Origin: Bacteroidales bacterium
Lineage (GTDB): Bacteria; Bacteroidota; Bacteroidia; Bacteroidales; UBA3824
NCBI GenBank assembly: GCA_045597465.1
Contig: JAZLKG010000086.1
Coordinates: 2,994 to 66,993 of the forward strand
Reading direction: 5' to 3'
DNA length: 64,000 nucleotides
In this document: in pieces, positions 61,401-64,000 of the stretch
Numbering within the stretch: the stretch's first letter is position 1
How the letters are laid out: each line of letters begins with the position of its first letter
Position numbers and translations under genes: made by a program
Notes under the pieces: generated by a model
Seen by the model: the letters and a program-made list of their open reading frames with translations, nothing else
Database searches by the model: none
Told to the model about the DNA's origin: nothing

Positions 61401-64000
61401 TGACAATCTTGTCGCCCTCGGTCCACTTTATGAAGCTGTAGCCACTGCGGGTTGGGGCAAGGAGTGTAACCTCGTCCTCAACGGTGTAAGTTGTTGGGTT
61501 CGTTTCAGCGTTGGTGCCGTTATAGAGGACATAGTTGATGGTATATTCTATGGCTTCCCATTTCTCGTAGAACGATTTATCACCAGTCTCAGTTGCAGCT
61601 ATTTTTTTTACAATATTATCCTGAGCATCAGTCCAGCCTGCAAACTCGTAGCCTTTGGGTGCATCAGTTGTTGTAGGAGGCAATGTTACAGATTCATTGT
61701 AATAGTAGCTTGCCAAAGACTCAATTTCAGCGGTGCCTGAATAGTACTTGATGCTGTATGGAACTGTAAAACTCTTTGAGTTTGTACTAGATACATTTCC
61801 TGCATTGTCGATAGAGCGTACAAATACTGTGTAAGTTTTGCCATTTTCGAAATTTGTACTAGGTACATTTTTGTCTGTAGGATAAGGATTCCAAACGCTG
61901 CCCTGTGGTACATTATTTAGGTTGCCTTCTGCCCATGTGTACTCGTTGGATGCAATGCCAGAGCCAGAAAGTTCGTCGCTGCCTTCTGTCAATGTAACAG
62001 AATATGCATTATCTACAGTAATAGTTCCGGCAGAAGGTTCTGTTCTGTCGATTTTCACGTTCCAAGAAAGCGCATTGCCTCCACATCCAGTATAGTATAT
62101 CGGCAATGTCGTGTTTACTTCTGAGGTGTAATTTATCGAATTGTTAGCGATACTGTTTAATTGGTTCTCTAGTCCCAAGTAAATGCCAACATAGTTGAAG
62201 TCCCAGCCTTCAGGTTTGCCGGGCGCTACAATGGCGGCCTCGTAAACCCATGGATTCTCCATGCTGTTGAATTCCGAGAGGCTGACTTTGGTGTATGATT
62301 CGTCGTTGCCTTTTCTGTATTCCACCATCGGCTCAGAGATGGCTACTTTAATGGTGAATGTGCCTGGGTTGGTAGTTGTCTTGCTCTCGTCATCCGTTGT
62401 TATGTCGTTGGTGAAGACATAATGATCCTTGTTGGCACTTTTTATTATTACATCGTAAGTGCCAGTAGCGGCAGAGGCGTTTATTACGATATTGTTGTCA
62501 ACTATTGAAGCCGGACCTGATACAATAGCGAGTTCTGGATTGGTATTGTTAACATTGTATTTAGGCTCTATTACGTAGTCGTTGCCATCTTTCAATACGA
62601 GGAATTTTGTAACGCCGGTGTAAGCCAATTCCAGAGGATTCATAGTCCACCCAATGTCCTTGTGGGCTATCTCTACCTCTGCATAGTTGTTATCAGTTGG
62701 CTTAAACTTTATTGAGTAATTTCCCTCCAATGATGGTAATTTTGTCAATGTTTCAACCTCAGCATCGGGTGTGTACTCAAAACTACCTGAAACGGTTTGA
62801 CCGTTGTAGGTTGCTGTGCCTTCTATGCTGATGTTTTCAGCTTTGTTTTCGCTGTTGTATACAAAAGAGGCTGTCACACCTGTAACTTGGGGCTCGTACT
62901 TAACGTCGAAAGATGCTATATATTCTCCTGCTTTTGGTTTCTCCGCATTATCTGCATTATCCTTGGCATAAGCAAATATGTAGTACGTACCTATGCTAGT
63001 AGGTGTGAATTGATAGGTTGCTTTTCCATTTGTTGTATTTAGCGGCTCTCCATAAATATATGGAGCTCTTTCTGGAGACTCCTGAATGCTGCAATAGATT
63101 CCGTATACGCCAGATAGTTCGTCAGTAGCTTCAAATTCGATGTTTGTTGTTTCGGGGTATATGACGGGGGTGGGGAATGTGCATTTTGTTATGCTTGGCG
63201 CAGTCCTATCTATGCGGGCATTGGATGTTATTGTGCGCTCGGTTGGGTCACTGGAGGTATTTACATTGATTGTCTGCTCTGTATTTCCCTCGTCCTCAAA
63301 CCTTGTGCTTGTTCCGCTTATTGTAATTATTTGCCTTCCAGATATATTTATAGAATTTTGGGCCCATTTTTCATCCTTCTCGTAATCCCAGATAGAAATA
63401 CCATCTCCACCGTCTATGCTTACAGATGGTGCTGCGAAATAGATTGACAGTTCGGTTTCAGGCAGTGTGAAATACTCTTCGTCTTCAGCACATTCCAACA
63501 CAGCTTTGTATTCCTTATCTATTATATGAGGATCTTTTACTTTCAACAAGTCTTCGTATACGATTATAGAATTGTCGGATATTATTTCCTCTTTTATTTT
63601 CTCATCTCCTGTTAGTGTGTAATTTACCACTTTTTTTACTTCTTCAGTTTTGTCTTCTGTGAAGTAGAATTTGGGCTTTACATTCTGGTATTTGGGGTCA
63701 GCCGCCTTGCCGTCCACCAGTGTGTAGTTGGTTTCAGGGTATATTATTCCCTTCCAGTCTACATTTTCGGTAAACGTAAGCGCGATATAGTCATTCTTTG
63801 TAGTGTATGTTATTTCCAACTCATAGTCTGAGTCTTGAGGGAATTCCTTATTCTTATAGTCTGTGCCAATGTTCCCGTCAACACGATTTCCGTATATTTT
63901 GATTATTTTGGCTTTGTAATTGCTTTTTCGTGAGTTGAAAGTTGTTTTCTTGGGGTCTCCGTCTGTTGTCTCTTTGATGTCAGCGGTTATTGTTTGGCTG
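58420..64000 (-). CDS. Large T9SS-secreted surface protein with InlB B-repeat and Ig-like domains; 5' end outside window
   Basis: Frame stays open to the window end; PTRSGY.F.GW repeats; IDRT.P Ig-like units; C-terminal VYPNPA...IYNNMG...FKIIVE. Confidence 0.88.
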   Translation of the reverse strand, partial: SQTITADIKETTDGDPKKTTFNSRKSNYKAKIIKIYGNRVDGNIGTDYKNKEFPQDSDYELEITYTTKNDYIALTFTENVDWKGIIYPETNYTLVDGKAADPKYQNVKPKFYFTEDKTEEVKKVVNYTLTGDEKIKEEIISDNSIIVYEDLLKVKDPHIIDKEYKAVLECAEDEEYFTLPETELSIYFAAPSVSIDGGDGISIWDYEKDEKWAQNSINISGRQIITISGTSTRFEDEGNTEQTINVNTSSDPTERTITSNARIDRTAPSITKCTFPTPVIYPETTNIEFEATDELSGVYGIYCSIQESPERAPYIYGEPLNTTNGKATYQFTPTSIGTYYIFAYAKDNADNAEKPKAGEYIASFDVKYEPQVTGVTASFVYNSENKAENISIEGTATYNGQTVSGSFEYTPDAEVETLTKLPSLEGNYSIKFKPTDNNYAEVEIAHKDIGWTMNPLELAYTGVTKFLVLKDGNDYVIEPKYNVNNTNPELAIVSGPASIVDNNIVINASAATGTYDVIIKSANKDHYVFTNDITTDDESKTTTNPGTFTIKVAISEPMVEYRKGNDESYTKVSLSEFNSMENPWVYEAAIVAPGKPEGWDFNYVGIYLGLENQLNSIANNSINYTSEVNTTLPIYYTGCGGNALSWNVKIDRTEPSAGTITVDNAYSVTLTEGSDELSGSGIASNEYTWAEGNLNNVPQGSVWNPYPTDKNVPSTNFENGKTYTVFVRSIDNAGNVSSTNSKSFTVPYSIKYYSGTAEIESLASYYYNESVTLPPTTTDAPKGYEFAGWTDAQDNIVKKIAATETGDKSFYEKWEAIEYTINYVLYNGTNAETNPTTYTVEDEVTLLAPTRSGYSFIKWTEGDKIVKGSTGDKTFTAEWSDPIEYTITLSPNGGSLADGENTIKYTVLNANTIKLPTPTRSGYNFLGWYDNNAQKVETITFGNMALAAVWEVKEITITYLVDGVKYTESKAKYGASVPSIATPTEQGYLFSGWSNNLPETMPAGNITVTGMFMKEITEIELTCAQTLNNATLPEYCNFAKDAQTPDPGQEGNISVIYNPDTQTYKNVESTVLVKVKGHDPVDSEAIPATCEAKGKTAGSYCSVCNKVLEEQEDINALGHSWGEWTTTKKATYTEEGEETRYCKNDESHSETKSVDKLEKETVSISFPSLEGFDIDKDVVYHFAGSEIADIPNIMPQLSDPDIDLTNVSRQVVVDDGPVNLATLPAYTRETLSDGSAREYLKYNGQLGKWQIKYTLPEGESYKGVSQTINYELLDVIVKYKTLEVTTGELLLSKTDFDNLDCWINIKGYAATNGTEEKKGFEIKGEESEDKLLITADGVTVGSIPTNIIDNDDPSIEIEAKPNNDDETVYTVTFTGSDKTSGVNAIEYSLNNGKIITVSTEKSTASITIDTPGKYSIKAQAIDQAANYSEPANLDFIVKGKPEISNVMISGTYGDKLGDFKVSGTANVDGKFEIVYADNLQTSDIVTGKIEGVTVKFTPSNTDYYATVTAEATKDSWNIQKRKLSISASESNISLTRGRSKTIEATLDSDQILDGTSAPKITATCADNGLQIDGLDITATKEGSFSITISIEENNNYDADPVTISAAATALEVNFQQESSPYYCYGQTAEIQLAFTDGQMPARYKAGNGEYKNLEGSGSTGTISIPVEEGTFHEGANTVSIVFAEEEGVETNPQEISVNVNVSSDKMKLLYNDIIFIDNSEGSYTSYQWYKNGVKLEGDTLQYLQEWPRITKGYTADVTDLNGNTMHVCPAEIEGISLQKTASMGASVYPNPAQAGQEITIEIHNAAPGSCQVYIYNNMGTLIRTLDASQGTAHTWLPSGSYSGQAVSNGGKASFKIIVE

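Overview
Bacteroidales-type chromosomal window (TAnnTTTG promoters, T9SS cargo, several SpoIIE/PP2C proteins). The backbone carries an ECF sigma operon, a PD40-OmpA protein, ispF, groES/groEL, ddh, proS, purL, tRNA-Met(CAT) and tRNA-Pro(GGG). There are three accessory zones. (1) About 23.4-32.3 kb is a defence-like hotspot. It holds an Rpn nuclease gene, a highly structured ~450-nt leader with two hairpins whose loops are complementary, a dndC/dndD phosphorothioation locus broken by an internal deletion, an intact DndE-ATPase fusion, and two ATPase-nuclease genes bordered by CGTCATTA-core palindromes. (2) A 9.8-kb element is integrated in tRNA-Pro (15-bp att duplication). It encodes a tyrosine integrase, a repressor/Cro switch, a helicase, an iteron origin and a primase-like gene, but no recognisable capsid, terminase or relaxase. 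It also encodes two membrane-anchored zinc-finger proteins, one with a frame-independent CACGG DNA repeat cluster inside its gene. (3) An adjacent probable island remnant has a DUF2075 nuclease-helicase, an XRE protein and a BacNav-like channel. The window ends inside a large mosaic T9SS surface protein. All family calls come from recognising motifs by eye, not from database searches.
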